Shown: piece after piece, positions 1-9,024 of the stretch
How positions within the stretch are numbered: the stretch's first letter is position 1
How the letters are laid out: each line of letters starts with the position of its first letter
Assembly (NCBI GenBank): GCA_032161105.1
Contig: JAVHTD010000011.1
Direction: 5' to 3' (one strand)
Source of the DNA: Candidatus Thermosaccharophagus tengchongensis
GTDB taxonomy: Bacteria; Armatimonadota; Fervidibacteria; Fervidibacterales; Thermosaccharophagaceae
Length of the DNA stretch: 64,000 nt
Program-made: the position numbers and the translations under genes
The notes under the pieces: generated by a model
What the model saw: the letters and a program-made list of their open reading frames with translations, nothing else
The model's database searches: none
What the model was told of the DNA's origin: nothing

Positions 1-302
1 TTGTCAACGGGACTTGGAACGCAAAGGTCATCGCTCTTGCCCCGGGCGTGACGAGTGTTGAACCATCCGAAGGGGCATACACTTTCCAGAACGCAAAAGC
101 CTCACTTGCATGTGACCTTATCGGTCAACCGAAAACCGTAAACGGCACAGTTGAAACCATATGGAGCAGCAATGAAGCAGCATGGGTTGGTTTAGCGGGA
201 GAAATTGTCAACAACGCCATCAACGGGGAAGTTGGCTTCATGGCTCGCTTCGGCGCTTTCACAGCGCATGCCAACGGACCTATCACACTGGAAAAGCAAT
301 GA
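1..302 (+). CDS. hypothetical protein, 3' end (5' truncated by window)
   Basis: Frame of ORF 48..302 is open from position 3 (VNGTWNAKVIALAPGV...ITLEKQ*); beta-strand-like composition; no family recognised. Confidence 0.6.
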   Translation, partial: VNGTWNAKVIALAPGVTSVEPSEGAYTFQNAKASLACDLIGQPKTVNGTVETIWSSNEAAWVGLAGEIVNNAINGEVGFMARFGAFTAHANGPITLEKQ

Positions 303-446
303 ACGCCAATGAGAAGATGTTTGCCCACGATAAACTCAAGCCGATTCTTCTCGCCTCGGAATAAACTTGCACCATATGTAATCGCACTCATCTCTTGCCC
401 ATCCAACGGTGAGAGTTAAGTTGCCAACTATTGTCGCGTCGTCCCA

Positions 447-1952
447 TCACTTGAGAAGTAACTGCCTTTCGTGTGACCTCGTTTCGCCTATTGCCGTAAC
501 TCGTATTGCCGGCTCATCCCTGACTGGGCATGAGTGCTCGCATATTCCACATCCTATGCACTTTGTTGGGTCAACGAATGGACGCTTCAACTCAACAACA
601 GTCCCATCTCGCCTCTTTACTGTCACCGTCCTTGTGAAGATGGCTTTCGGTGAGACTGGGCAAACCTCCTGACATACAAGGCATGGTATGTCCATTGCCC
701 AAGGGAGGCATCTTCCCCAGTCATAGAAAGCAGTCCCAATCCTTATCGGACCAAGTTCGGAGAACTCTCCGAGCCCGAGCTTTTGCTCAACAGTTATGCG
801 CTGTATGGCGCCAGTCGGGCAAACCTGCCCACACAGCGTGCAATTGAGCTCGCAATATCCGAGCCTCATGTCAAGTATTGGCGTGAACATGCCCTCAATC
901 CCGGCTTCATACAATGCCGGCTGAAGAGCATTTGTTGGGCACACGCGCATGCACTGTCCGCACTTGATGCACCTCTCAAGGAACTCAGGTTCCGAAACCG
1001 ATCCCGGTGGGCGAATGACTCGCTTGTCAAATGCCTTTTGGACCTTACCCGATAGGCGCGCAAACGGATAAAAGAGAAGCCCACAAAATCCGTAGAGCAA
1101 TAGCGCCCTGCGAGACCAGTCCGGATTTGTCACCTCTCCATCCCTCGGTGGGATGAATGCGAAGTTAAGCGCTGCATGTGGGCAATCCTCAAGGCAATTA
1201 AAACAGACCATGCATTCGGACTTGCGCAAACGCTTGTCTGGGTCGCTCGCGCCCTCACACGACCTAAGACACATACTGCACTGTGTGCACTTATTTTCAT
1301 CACGCTCAATTCGCCAGAGTGAGAAGCGGGACAGTATCCCAAGCAGCGCCCCAAGTGGGCATAATGTGCGGCAGAAAAAGCGCGGCAGGAGCAAGTTCAT
1401 TCCCAAGATGGCGATGAACAAGAAACCGATGAGCCACGAAAGATGATACTCATGTGGACGAACATAGATTGCGCCTGTGAGCATGTTCAATGCCGGCAGG
1501 ATGGCGGTCGCCATTGAGCGATGCAAAAGGCAAAGCGGGTCAAGCCAACCAACTTGAACAGACCCAAGCAGGGCAGCCACAAGCATAAATGCGAGCACAT
1601 AATACTTAGCCGAATACATGCGCCTGTATCTGTTTGAGTCAATCCGCTCCTTCAGCGGGCGTGTATTGAACAGCCACCCGACGAATTGGTTCAAAGCGCC
1701 CATCGGACAAACCCAACCGCAAAATACCCTGCCGAACAAAAGCGTTGCTGCGATTGTGATAAGCGCCAGAGTAAGCTCACCATACAACTTGCCGGTTGAA
1801 AGGAATGTGCTAACGGCAACCAATGGGTCAAGATGCAAAAACAGCGAGACCGGATAGCCCTTCATACGCTCAAGCGATTCAACGAAGATGAGGAAGGTGA
1901 AGAGGGCGACGAAGAAAACTTGAGAGACAACCCTCACTGTCGTAATGCGCAT
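447..1952 (-). CDS. Membrane polyferredoxin, NapH/MauN-like membrane domain fused to NapG/MauM-like ferredoxin
   Basis: Several TM helices; GRVFCGWVCPMG and RFFCRTLCPLG (CxxxCP) motifs; multiple CxxCxxCxxxC(P) motifs; ATG at 1952 preceded by GGAGGTGG. Confidence 0.88.
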   Translation of the reverse strand: MRITTVRVVSQVFFVALFTFLIFVESLERMKGYPVSLFLHLDPLVAVSTFLSTGKLYGELTLALITIAATLLFGRVFCGWVCPMGALNQFVGWLFNTRPLKERIDSNRYRRMYSAKYYVLAFMLVAALLGSVQVGWLDPLCLLHRSMATAILPALNMLTGAIYVRPHEYHLSWLIGFLFIAILGMNLLLPRFFCRTLCPLGALLGILSRFSLWRIERDENKCTQCSMCLRSCEGASDPDKRLRKSECMVCFNCLEDCPHAALNFAFIPPRDGEVTNPDWSRRALLLYGFCGLLFYPFARLSGKVQKAFDKRVIRPPGSVSEPEFLERCIKCGQCMRVCPTNALQPALYEAGIEGMFTPILDMRLGYCELNCTLCGQVCPTGAIQRITVEQKLGLGEFSELGPIRIGTAFYDWGRCLPWAMDIPCLVCQEVCPVSPKAIFTRTVTVKRRDGTVVELKRPFVDPTKCIGCGICEHSCPVRDEPAIRVTAIGETRSHERQLLLK

Positions 1953-2062
1953 CCCGCCATCCACCTCCACAAAGGGAAATCCACAACCGCTCACCTGAGG
2001 CTTATAGCAGGGAGAGTAAGGTAATGCTTAAGCTGCTGAGGAATGATTCATCCGTTGCCCAA

Positions 2063-3061
2063 TCACACTTGCACCTCTCTCCAGTTGAGCTCCTTCCAAT
2101 TCGGGTTGCCAATGCCCCTCTCCTTTGCCCTCTGCAGGTATTTGAGCTCCGATGGGTTTCTTTCAAGCAGCGTGTAACCTATGGCATCAACGGCAACTTG
2201 GTCAACGCCTGCAATGAGCGTATTCTTAACAGCAACATCACTCATGCTTCCGCCAGTCGGGCCGTTCCTCATTAGCACTCTTACGCCATCCAAGATGACG
2301 AGCGTTGGCGTTATCCAGCCAGCCAAGTCGGCAATGACACAGTGAATGTGTTGGTGGAATCTGTTTCTTGCCCCGCCGAGCAAGCCATACCAATTCTTCA
2401 TGCACAGTGAGGCGCTGCTTAGATTGTGATCCTTTACTGGTGCAACCCCTATAACTTTTGTTGCCCTCTTCAACGGCTCGTAAAAGGCTATCCATCTCTT
2501 CACCCTTTCTCCTCCAACCTCAACCATTTCAAACTTCGCCTGGTCTGGATAAACAAGTTTCGCTCCGGCTTCAAGCGCTGCGCGCTTTATGCCGGTCTTG
2601 ATGAAACACCCTTCGGGGTCGTTTATAGGGTTGTCCGCAACGATCACCTCTTTAGCTCCAGCCTCGTAGCACACCTCAATCACAGCTTTGAGCGTTTCCG
2701 GGTTTGTCGTAGCGCACAGCGACGGTGGGCGGTCAAATGCCGCATTCGGTTTGACGAAGACAACATCGCCACTTCGTATGAACTTTTGTGCACCACCGAG
2801 TGCATCAAATGCCGCACGAACCATCTTCGCCGGTGAGCTGCCTCGCACAATGACTAATTGCACATCTGACGGAGCGAGCTCAACGGCGAACTTCGGTATC
2901 CTGTGCGCTCGCCTTTCAGCGAGCTCACGAAAGTATTCCCTCCCGGTGCGCTTATCGTGAACCAATAGCCCACCGACGATTGTCCCAGCCACAGCCAAAC
3001 CGGTTGCGGCTAATCTCCTCACGAACTCACGCCTGTCAAAGCTGTCGGTGCCATTTGCCAT
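2063..3061 (-). CDS. DUF362 domain protein with Tat signal
   Basis: DRREFV plus hydrophobic stretch; GDVVFVKPN, TTNPE, VKDH...SLCMKNWYG, LDG...NGP and DQVAVDAIG motifs typical of DUF362. Confidence 0.88.
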   Translation of the reverse strand: MANGTDSFDRREFVRRLAATGLAVAGTIVGGLLVHDKRTGREYFRELAERRAHRIPKFAVELAPSDVQLVIVRGSSPAKMVRAAFDALGGAQKFIRSGDVVFVKPNAAFDRPPSLCATTNPETLKAVIEVCYEAGAKEVIVADNPINDPEGCFIKTGIKRAALEAGAKLVYPDQAKFEMVEVGGERVKRWIAFYEPLKRATKVIGVAPVKDHNLSSASLCMKNWYGLLGGARNRFHQHIHCVIADLAGWITPTLVILDGVRVLMRNGPTGGSMSDVAVKNTLIAGVDQVAVDAIGYTLLERNPSELKYLQRAKERGIGNPNWKELNWREVQV

Positions 3062-3094
3062 CCTGCGCCTCACCACCAACTATGCCTGTGCGTT

Positions 3095-4144
3095 CTACTG
3101 CCTGAGTTTACCGAACAGCCTCTTTGAGAACTCCTCAGCTGACTTCAAATCGCCTGCCTCAACCACACCACCAAGCAAGTTACCTTTGCAAAATGCCACT
3201 GTGAATGAGCTTCCAACCTTTCCCGCAAACCACAGCTCACCATTGAGCCTTCCCTCGCTCACAACTTTCCCATATTTGCGCAGCGCACTCTTCCACCTGC
3301 TGAGCTTTGCTCTCGCATCATCAACGGATGAACATTTACACACAAAGGCTTTGAGCAACTTTCCGGCATGGCGATACTGAGCCGTATAAACCTCACTTAA
3401 GAAGTCGTAACCAAACGCCTTTCGCTTAATGTATGTGATGCTGTCTTGAATAAGCCCATCCTTTGGGAATACCTTAAGCCCCCAAATATCAACTGGCTCA
3501 ACTTGAAGCTGCGCATCAATAGCCTTTGCGATTGCCTCACATGCTTTCTTCAAATCGTCATCCTCAAACGGCACCACAACTTGCACATAGTGCTTCCCCT
3601 TCCAGAAGTAGATGCTACCGGCAGCTTGATAACCACCGTTGCCGAGTTTTATCGGCTTGCCAATGCCTGCCACCCTCTCGTAGGAGTAAATGCCGAAGGC
3701 ATTCTGCGGGCTGCCCATATCATAAACGAACACATCCACGAACTTCCCCTCGCCACCCTTCTCAGCTTGCCTATAGGATGTGCATATTAGTCCAACGACA
3801 TCGTAGCTGATGTATAACTCGGCACGCCCATCTATCTTCTCGTAGAGGTTGTCAGCGGTGTAGGTTTCTACCTTACTGCGCTTCCATCCACCCGCAATCG
3901 CTTCCGGGAAATGCAACTTGGCTTTCTCACCAGCAGATGTGGCGAATGCTGACTCCGAGAGCATGTAAAGGTTTGAATCATGCCTTTGCCCTCTGAACGC
4001 CACCCATACGGCAATGGAGAGCAATCCCAAAAGCAGAATGCAACATACAACTTGTTCACCCCTGCTCACAACCCGTTTAGGCTTTGACCATCTGCGATCA
4101 ATGTGTTCCCATAAGCCCCCAAATGCTCGCTTCAGCCGCACCAT
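3095..4144 (-). CDS. DUF6599-like membrane-anchored protein
   Basis: One N-terminal TM; NLYEKIDGRAELYISY, VYDMGSPQNAFGIYS and FWKGKHYV motifs; start codon uncertain (up to 4201). Confidence 0.72.
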   Translation of the reverse strand: MVRLKRAFGGLWEHIDRRWSKPKRVVSRGEQVVCCILLLGLLSIAVWVAFRGQRHDSNLYMLSESAFATSAGEKAKLHFPEAIAGGWKRSKVETYTADNLYEKIDGRAELYISYDVVGLICTSYRQAEKGGEGKFVDVFVYDMGSPQNAFGIYSYERVAGIGKPIKLGNGGYQAAGSIYFWKGKHYVQVVVPFEDDDLKKACEAIAKAIDAQLQVEPVDIWGLKVFPKDGLIQDSITYIKRKAFGYDFLSEVYTAQYRHAGKLLKAFVCKCSSVDDARAKLSRWKSALRKYGKVVSEGRLNGELWFAGKVGSSFTVAFCKGNLLGGVVEAGDLKSAEEFSKRLFGKLRQ

Positions 4145-4220
4145 TGCAATGCGCCCCCCAATTTGGTTCATGTGAAGTGGCAACGAGACATTTTGAAGCA
4201 CGCCAGCATGGCTGCGCTGC

Positions 4221-5585
4221 TCACTTTTTAATCTCGCCAGCCGGCGGTATCACTTCCTTCGGGAAGTGTTCCGACTCCCATGCGAGCACGATTGAGTTCA
4301 AAGGTGGAGCACCCGCATGGTATTCAAGTTTTATCTTGTGCAGTCCTGCACTCAGCGTTAGCTTTGGGCTTGAATGCGAGCTTGGCGGTTGTATGCGCCA
4401 CGCATCAATTACGAGCTGGTCGTCAATCCACAGGCGTGCGGCATCATCAAGGTTGTCAAGGTAAAAGACATACCATCCATCCTTCGGGACGAGCAGCTGC
4501 CCTTCCCAGCGCACGCTGAAGTATTGGTCATTGATGTCAGGGTGAGGTGTTGGTCCCCAATTGTAGTCAATCTTTGACTCGGTGCGAGTCAGCACTTTCT
4601 TTGTGAAGCACGGACCGGGTGGCGGTTGCCAAAGCTGATATGTCTCATGATCCGGGTCGTCAAAGTATTCGGCAGTCAAGCCTTGAGGGAAAGTCATGAC
4701 TTCCTTCTCACCGTTTGGCAGCTGCCATGATAGGCGTATTGATGCGCCCGGTCCCGGACCTTGATGATACTCAACTTTGATCGTGTGCCAACCTTTGCTC
4801 AGGCGCATTGGCTGGCTTTGGTGTGTTGTCATTGGTTGAATGCGCCATGCATCAATGATGAGCTTGTCATCCACCCATAGCTTGCCTGCGTCGTCCAAGT
4901 TCTCAAGCATGAAGGTGTATGTGCCATCCTCAGGAACAAAGAACTTCCCGCTCCAACGCGCGCTCCAATATTGGTAGCCGAGCAATGGATGAGGTGTGGT
5001 GGGCTGATTCCATGCAAAGTTGATTTGCGGATCAACTCGCTTGAACACAAACCTCGTGAAAAATGGTCCTTTGGGTGGCGCTCCAACTTCGTATTCCGCA
5101 TGGTCTGGGTCGTCGTAATACCATCCGACAATGCCCCCCGGATACAACCCCCTATCGGCAAGCTCAACCTTCGGCGTCGGCAAAGGTGGCAAGCCCGGCA
5201 CCTTCTTTGGGCGCTCTATTGGCTCAACCGGTGGTTGTATCGTTGGTGGGCGTTCCAAACCAGTGACATGTTCTCCAGCTGGCTCAATGATGTAGGTGTC
5301 CTTTTCCCTGCGCCAACTCAATCTGAGCGGCGGGAGGATGATGTCAAGAAGGTCTTCAAGGTGGATGTCCTTAACAGCAATCGTCACTTTCCCCGAAGCA
5401 TTTGGAGCTACCTTTATCTTCACATTGGCTTGCTTGCTCAGAATGGAAGCCACCTCTTGAATTGGGGCATCTCGCACATCCAGTGAGACCTTTTGTGGCT
5501 TGGGTTGGGCATACAATGCGCTATGAAATTGCATCATCAGGAGGGATGCCAAAGCAATTCGCCAATGAAAGGCAACCTGATACAT
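4221..5585 (-). CDS. Secreted STN-domain protein with Pro-rich linker and two PA14 domains
   Basis: Signal peptide; VSLDVRDAPIQEVASILSKQANVKI (STN-like); two repeats of S(A/V)RW.G...VP.DG.Y.F....LDDA..LW.DD.L.IDAW; GGAGG RBS. Confidence 0.85.
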   Translation of the reverse strand: MYQVAFHWRIALASLLMMQFHSALYAQPKPQKVSLDVRDAPIQEVASILSKQANVKIKVAPNASGKVTIAVKDIHLEDLLDIILPPLRLSWRREKDTYIIEPAGEHVTGLERPPTIQPPVEPIERPKKVPGLPPLPTPKVELADRGLYPGGIVGWYYDDPDHAEYEVGAPPKGPFFTRFVFKRVDPQINFAWNQPTTPHPLLGYQYWSARWSGKFFVPEDGTYTFMLENLDDAGKLWVDDKLIIDAWRIQPMTTHQSQPMRLSKGWHTIKVEYHQGPGPGASIRLSWQLPNGEKEVMTFPQGLTAEYFDDPDHETYQLWQPPPGPCFTKKVLTRTESKIDYNWGPTPHPDINDQYFSVRWEGQLLVPKDGWYVFYLDNLDDAARLWIDDQLVIDAWRIQPPSSHSSPKLTLSAGLHKIKLEYHAGAPPLNSIVLAWESEHFPKEVIPPAGEIKK

Positions 5586-5861
5586 TGTTCACCCCCTCCC
5601 CTGGGCAAATCACATTTTGGTAGGGTTTGCACTTTCTATTTTGACACCCGCTTCCAACCGTCGGTTGACGGTAGGGCTTGCATGGCAAACAACAAATCCC
5701 AAAAACAGACTTCGCATCAGCGCCTGCGCTACGGATGGCTGCATAATGTGTCATATGCGTTAGAGGATTGAACCAAGGCATGTTCCCTTTACATGTGTCC
5801 TTTGAGCCGTCAAAATATCGGGCAGTGCATAGGAGTGAGACTTTAAAGGGGTGATTGAGCA

Positions 5862-6824
5862 ATGAAGCATGATGTTTATCGTTACACCTTGCTTATGGCG
5901 ATAGCGATGACGAGCTGGGCGCTCGCTCACCTATGCAACAACATCTATCGGACGCCGGATAGGGTCATTGTGAAACCGGAGCGGCAGACAGTGATTGTAG
6001 CCGACAGGGAACAAGTGCGCGTGTTCGTGCAAAACAACTACCCAACCTACTTGCACAACATCCGTCTATCGGCATCCGTAGATGGCGATGGCGTCTCCGT
6101 TAGCGTTGAACCGGAGTCAATAAAAGTTTTGAAAGCCGGCGAACGAACTTCCTTCACCGTTCACATAAAAGCCGATGGCGCACAAAAGAAACAATACACC
6201 TTGAGGCTGAACATATCAGCCAATGAGATAGGCTTCCGGCAAGTTGAGGAGCCAAGTGTTGAAGAACTGAGACGCGTCCTCTCAGACCCGCCAAGTGCCG
6301 GTAATAGCGTATTGGCGGCGGAATCACTTGCACGAAGAAAAGACCCAAGCGGATTGAAGTGGCTGATTAGCACCATGACGAATGAACGCATTGCGAGGGA
6401 TTACCGAAGCAGGGCGATAAGGGCGCTTGGGAAAGCCGGTGCAACTGAGGGCATTCAAGCGCTGCGGACAATGCTTCAAGACAGGGATGGCTTTCTCCGC
6501 GGGAACGCCCTTCTGTCGCTTGGCTTGCTCAAGGACGAGGCAAACACCTTCTACGAGATGTTTAAGGATGAGGATGAGTTTGTCAGGGCATGTGCTGTGG
6601 CGGGGTTGGCGCTATCGGGTGTAAAGAGCAAGGAAGTGATTGACTGGCTCATGCACGGCTTGAAGGCTTCAAATGTTTATGTGCGCATCGCCTGTGGTTG
6701 GGCTCTTGCAGCGCATGGCTACAAAGAGGGGGTTCAAGTGCTTGATGCTGCGTTTGCCACGAATGACCCAATGCAAAGGGTTATGGCTGGCGATGCTTTG
6801 GTTGACATTGCCAGCAGGCAATAA
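5862..6824 (+). CDS. Secreted Ig-like domain plus HEAT-repeat protein
   Basis: Signal peptide ending ALA; beta-sandwich-like N-domain; HEAT/PBS-like repeats (RSRAIRALG, LRGNALLSLG, VRACAVAGL, VRIACGWAL). Confidence 0.8.
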   Translation: MKHDVYRYTLLMAIAMTSWALAHLCNNIYRTPDRVIVKPERQTVIVADREQVRVFVQNNYPTYLHNIRLSASVDGDGVSVSVEPESIKVLKAGERTSFTVHIKADGAQKKQYTLRLNISANEIGFRQVEEPSVEELRRVLSDPPSAGNSVLAAESLARRKDPSGLKWLISTMTNERIARDYRSRAIRALGKAGATEGIQALRTMLQDRDGFLRGNALLSLGLLKDEANTFYEMFKDEDEFVRACAVAGLALSGVKSKEVIDWLMHGLKASNVYVRIACGWALAAHGYKEGVQVLDAAFATNDPMQRVMAGDALVDIASRQ

Positions 6825-7392
6825 TTCGTCCCTTCTTCTCCTCGCGCTCGCCTTCAATACGATGCCATCGGAAGCACAATCACAGCAGCATGCGGTGTGG
6901 GACAGGTTCTTTTTCAATGTGGAATTGCCCATCAAAGCCATGTTACCGAGGGGCAGGATGAAACTTTTCGTATATCACCGATACCCAATAGCATTGCACA
7001 ACCTCAAAGTGAGGGCACAGAGCAACTTGGGCTGGATTAGGATGGTTGTTAAGCCACCGGCGATTGAAGAGGTTGAGCCAACGGTGATAAAGGAAATGAC
7101 GATTCACTTCCATTGTCAGCCAATGGCGGCGGAATCAATCCCAGACACAGCTCAGATAACAATTGAGTTTGAATCCGATGAGCTTGGAAAGAGTAAGCCT
7201 GTGCAACTTCCCATCCCGCTCACTGCAGCCGGCGAAAGGGAGGCGAATGAGCTGCTGAGCGTCCCAGTTGGTGAAATTGTTGTCCGTGTTGGTGGGCTTG
7301 AGAGGGCACTTTATTACGGCAGTTTGCTGTGTGCCATCGGATTGGTTGGCTTTCTCCTTTATCGCAAGCATAGGGCAAACATGGCATGGTGA
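6793..7392 (+). CDS. Ig-like domain protein with C-terminal membrane anchor
   Basis: N-terminal hydrophobic stretch, beta-rich core, C-terminal TM followed by RKHR; start uncertain, overlaps upstream gene. Confidence 0.65.
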   Translation: MLWLTLPAGNNSSLLLLALAFNTMPSEAQSQQHAVWDRFFFNVELPIKAMLPRGRMKLFVYHRYPIALHNLKVRAQSNLGWIRMVVKPPAIEEVEPTVIKEMTIHFHCQPMAAESIPDTAQITIEFESDELGKSKPVQLPIPLTAAGEREANELLSVPVGEIVVRVGGLERALYYGSLLCAIGLVGFLLYRKHRANMAW

Positions 7393-8045
7393 GTGGTGTG
7401 AACATCTTTTCAATGATGCTACAGGGATTCGTATTGGGCATCTCCACAGGCATCTATTGCATTTGCGCTTGCACGCCCGTGCTGTTGCCGATTATCATAG
7501 CTGATGGGAAAAGCATTGGCAACTCATTCCGCATGGTGATGCAATATTTGGTTGGCCGCATGTCGGCTTACACTTTGGTTGGCGCCCTGACAATCGCGCT
7601 TGGTCAACGGATGACATCTTGCACCGCCGGACGAATGATGGCTGCCATTGCCCTCATTGCCTTAGCGGTGATTTTGATGGTGCACGCATTGAAAGTCAAC
7701 TTCCCGCAACTTCGCATATGTAGCTTTCAACCGCAAACCCATGTTCTGAAGCTGCTCTCAAAGGCATCCATGAACATCCCATTCATAGCCGGCTTTGTGG
7801 TTGGCATGAACGCATGCCCACCGGTCTTGATCGCATACACATTCGCTTTGACCACAGGGCATGTGTTAACCTCGCTTACATTCTTGGGTTCATTCCTCGC
7901 CGGCACAGCATTGCTTGCGCTTCCAACTTCATTTGCATGGCTCCTTGGCAAGTTGCCGTCGCTCAAGGGCATGGCACAGGCTGCAATATTGCTGAGCGCC
8001 CTCTGGTTTGCATCACATGGCATTGCAATAATCGTTGGGAGGTGA
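7386..8045 (+). CDS. TauE/SafE / DsbD_2-like polytopic membrane protein
   Basis: About 6 TM helices; GISTGIYCICAC and GMNACPP Cys motifs in the two halves. Confidence 0.75.
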   Translation: MVSGVNIFSMMLQGFVLGISTGIYCICACTPVLLPIIIADGKSIGNSFRMVMQYLVGRMSAYTLVGALTIALGQRMTSCTAGRMMAAIALIALAVILMVHALKVNFPQLRICSFQPQTHVLKLLSKASMNIPFIAGFVVGMNACPPVLIAYTFALTTGHVLTSLTFLGSFLAGTALLALPTSFAWLLGKLPSLKGMAQAAILLSALWFASHGIAIIVGR

Positions 8046-8050
8046 GCGCC

Positions 8051-9007
8051 ATGAACTCACGCAAGCCAAAAAGAGTTGTCCTACTCACATTCTCAACGCT
8101 GCTCACTGCCATAAGCTCAAACTGCACCGTTAACTCCGCCGAAAGCCAATCTGGGGTATCTTACGCATTTCCGCAGAGGATTGCCGAAGCTGTGCGCATC
8201 GGAAGCCCTAAAACATGGAACGAACGCACAGTGTTTGACTACATGAATGGAGCTGCCGAACTGTATCTTCGCTACGGATTCAAATTGCTTCACACAGCCA
8301 GTTACAAATTGCCGGGTCAAACAGCCAATGTTGAACTCTACGATCTGGGCAGTTCAAAGGATGCATTCGGCGTTTTCTCATGGGATACCTATGGCGAACA
8401 TTTGCAGTTGGGTCAAGGGGCAAGATACGAAGGCGGAGTGCTGCGCTGCTGGCAAGATAGGTTTTTCATCAAAGTGAAGGGGCAATCACATTCGGATGCG
8501 TTCAAACAGTTCGCTATCGCCATAGCGGAGCACATTGTGAGGTGGATCGGAAAGAGAGGTCCGCTCCCCGACTTAATTTCGGCATTGCCAAGCCAATTAA
8601 AGCCGACCGATATACGATACTTCCATTGCGATGAAGACCTCAACAGCTTTTACTATGTGTCCACCGAGAATGTGCTTGGGTTATCCCGTTCTACCGAGGG
8701 TGTGATCGCAGATTGCAGTTTCGGGGATGCGAAGGTCAAGGTCGTCATCATTCGGTATCCCTCAGCGAACGCCCGTAATGAGGCAACGCGCCAACTTTAC
8801 GGGAAGGTATTTCCGGAAAACTCAAGGAGCATGTCAGGCAACCAAGCATTTGCTCGCCTCAGGGGCAAATTCTGCGGAGCTGTGAAGTTCAGCGGTAAAC
8901 GAAATGAGCCGCTGCTTGCCATATGCTTTGAAGCGCCTTCATTGGATGTCGCTAAGGGCGTCCTTCAAAGCATCACGAATGCCAATGCACATCATAGACG
9001 CCCATAA
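8051..9007 (+). CDS. DUF6599-like exported protein (possible lipoprotein)
   Basis: Signal-like N-terminus with Cys; VFDYMNGAAELYLRYGF, LYDLGSSKDAFGVFS and WQDRFFIKV motifs. Confidence 0.72.
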   Translation: MNSRKPKRVVLLTFSTLLTAISSNCTVNSAESQSGVSYAFPQRIAEAVRIGSPKTWNERTVFDYMNGAAELYLRYGFKLLHTASYKLPGQTANVELYDLGSSKDAFGVFSWDTYGEHLQLGQGARYEGGVLRCWQDRFFIKVKGQSHSDAFKQFAIAIAEHIVRWIGKRGPLPDLISALPSQLKPTDIRYFHCDEDLNSFYYVSTENVLGLSRSTEGVIADCSFGDAKVKVVIIRYPSANARNEATRQLYGKVFPENSRSMSGNQAFARLRGKFCGAVKFSGKRNEPLLAICFEAPSLDVAKGVLQSITNANAHHRRP

Positions 9008-9024
9008 CGGAGTTGGTGATGTTT

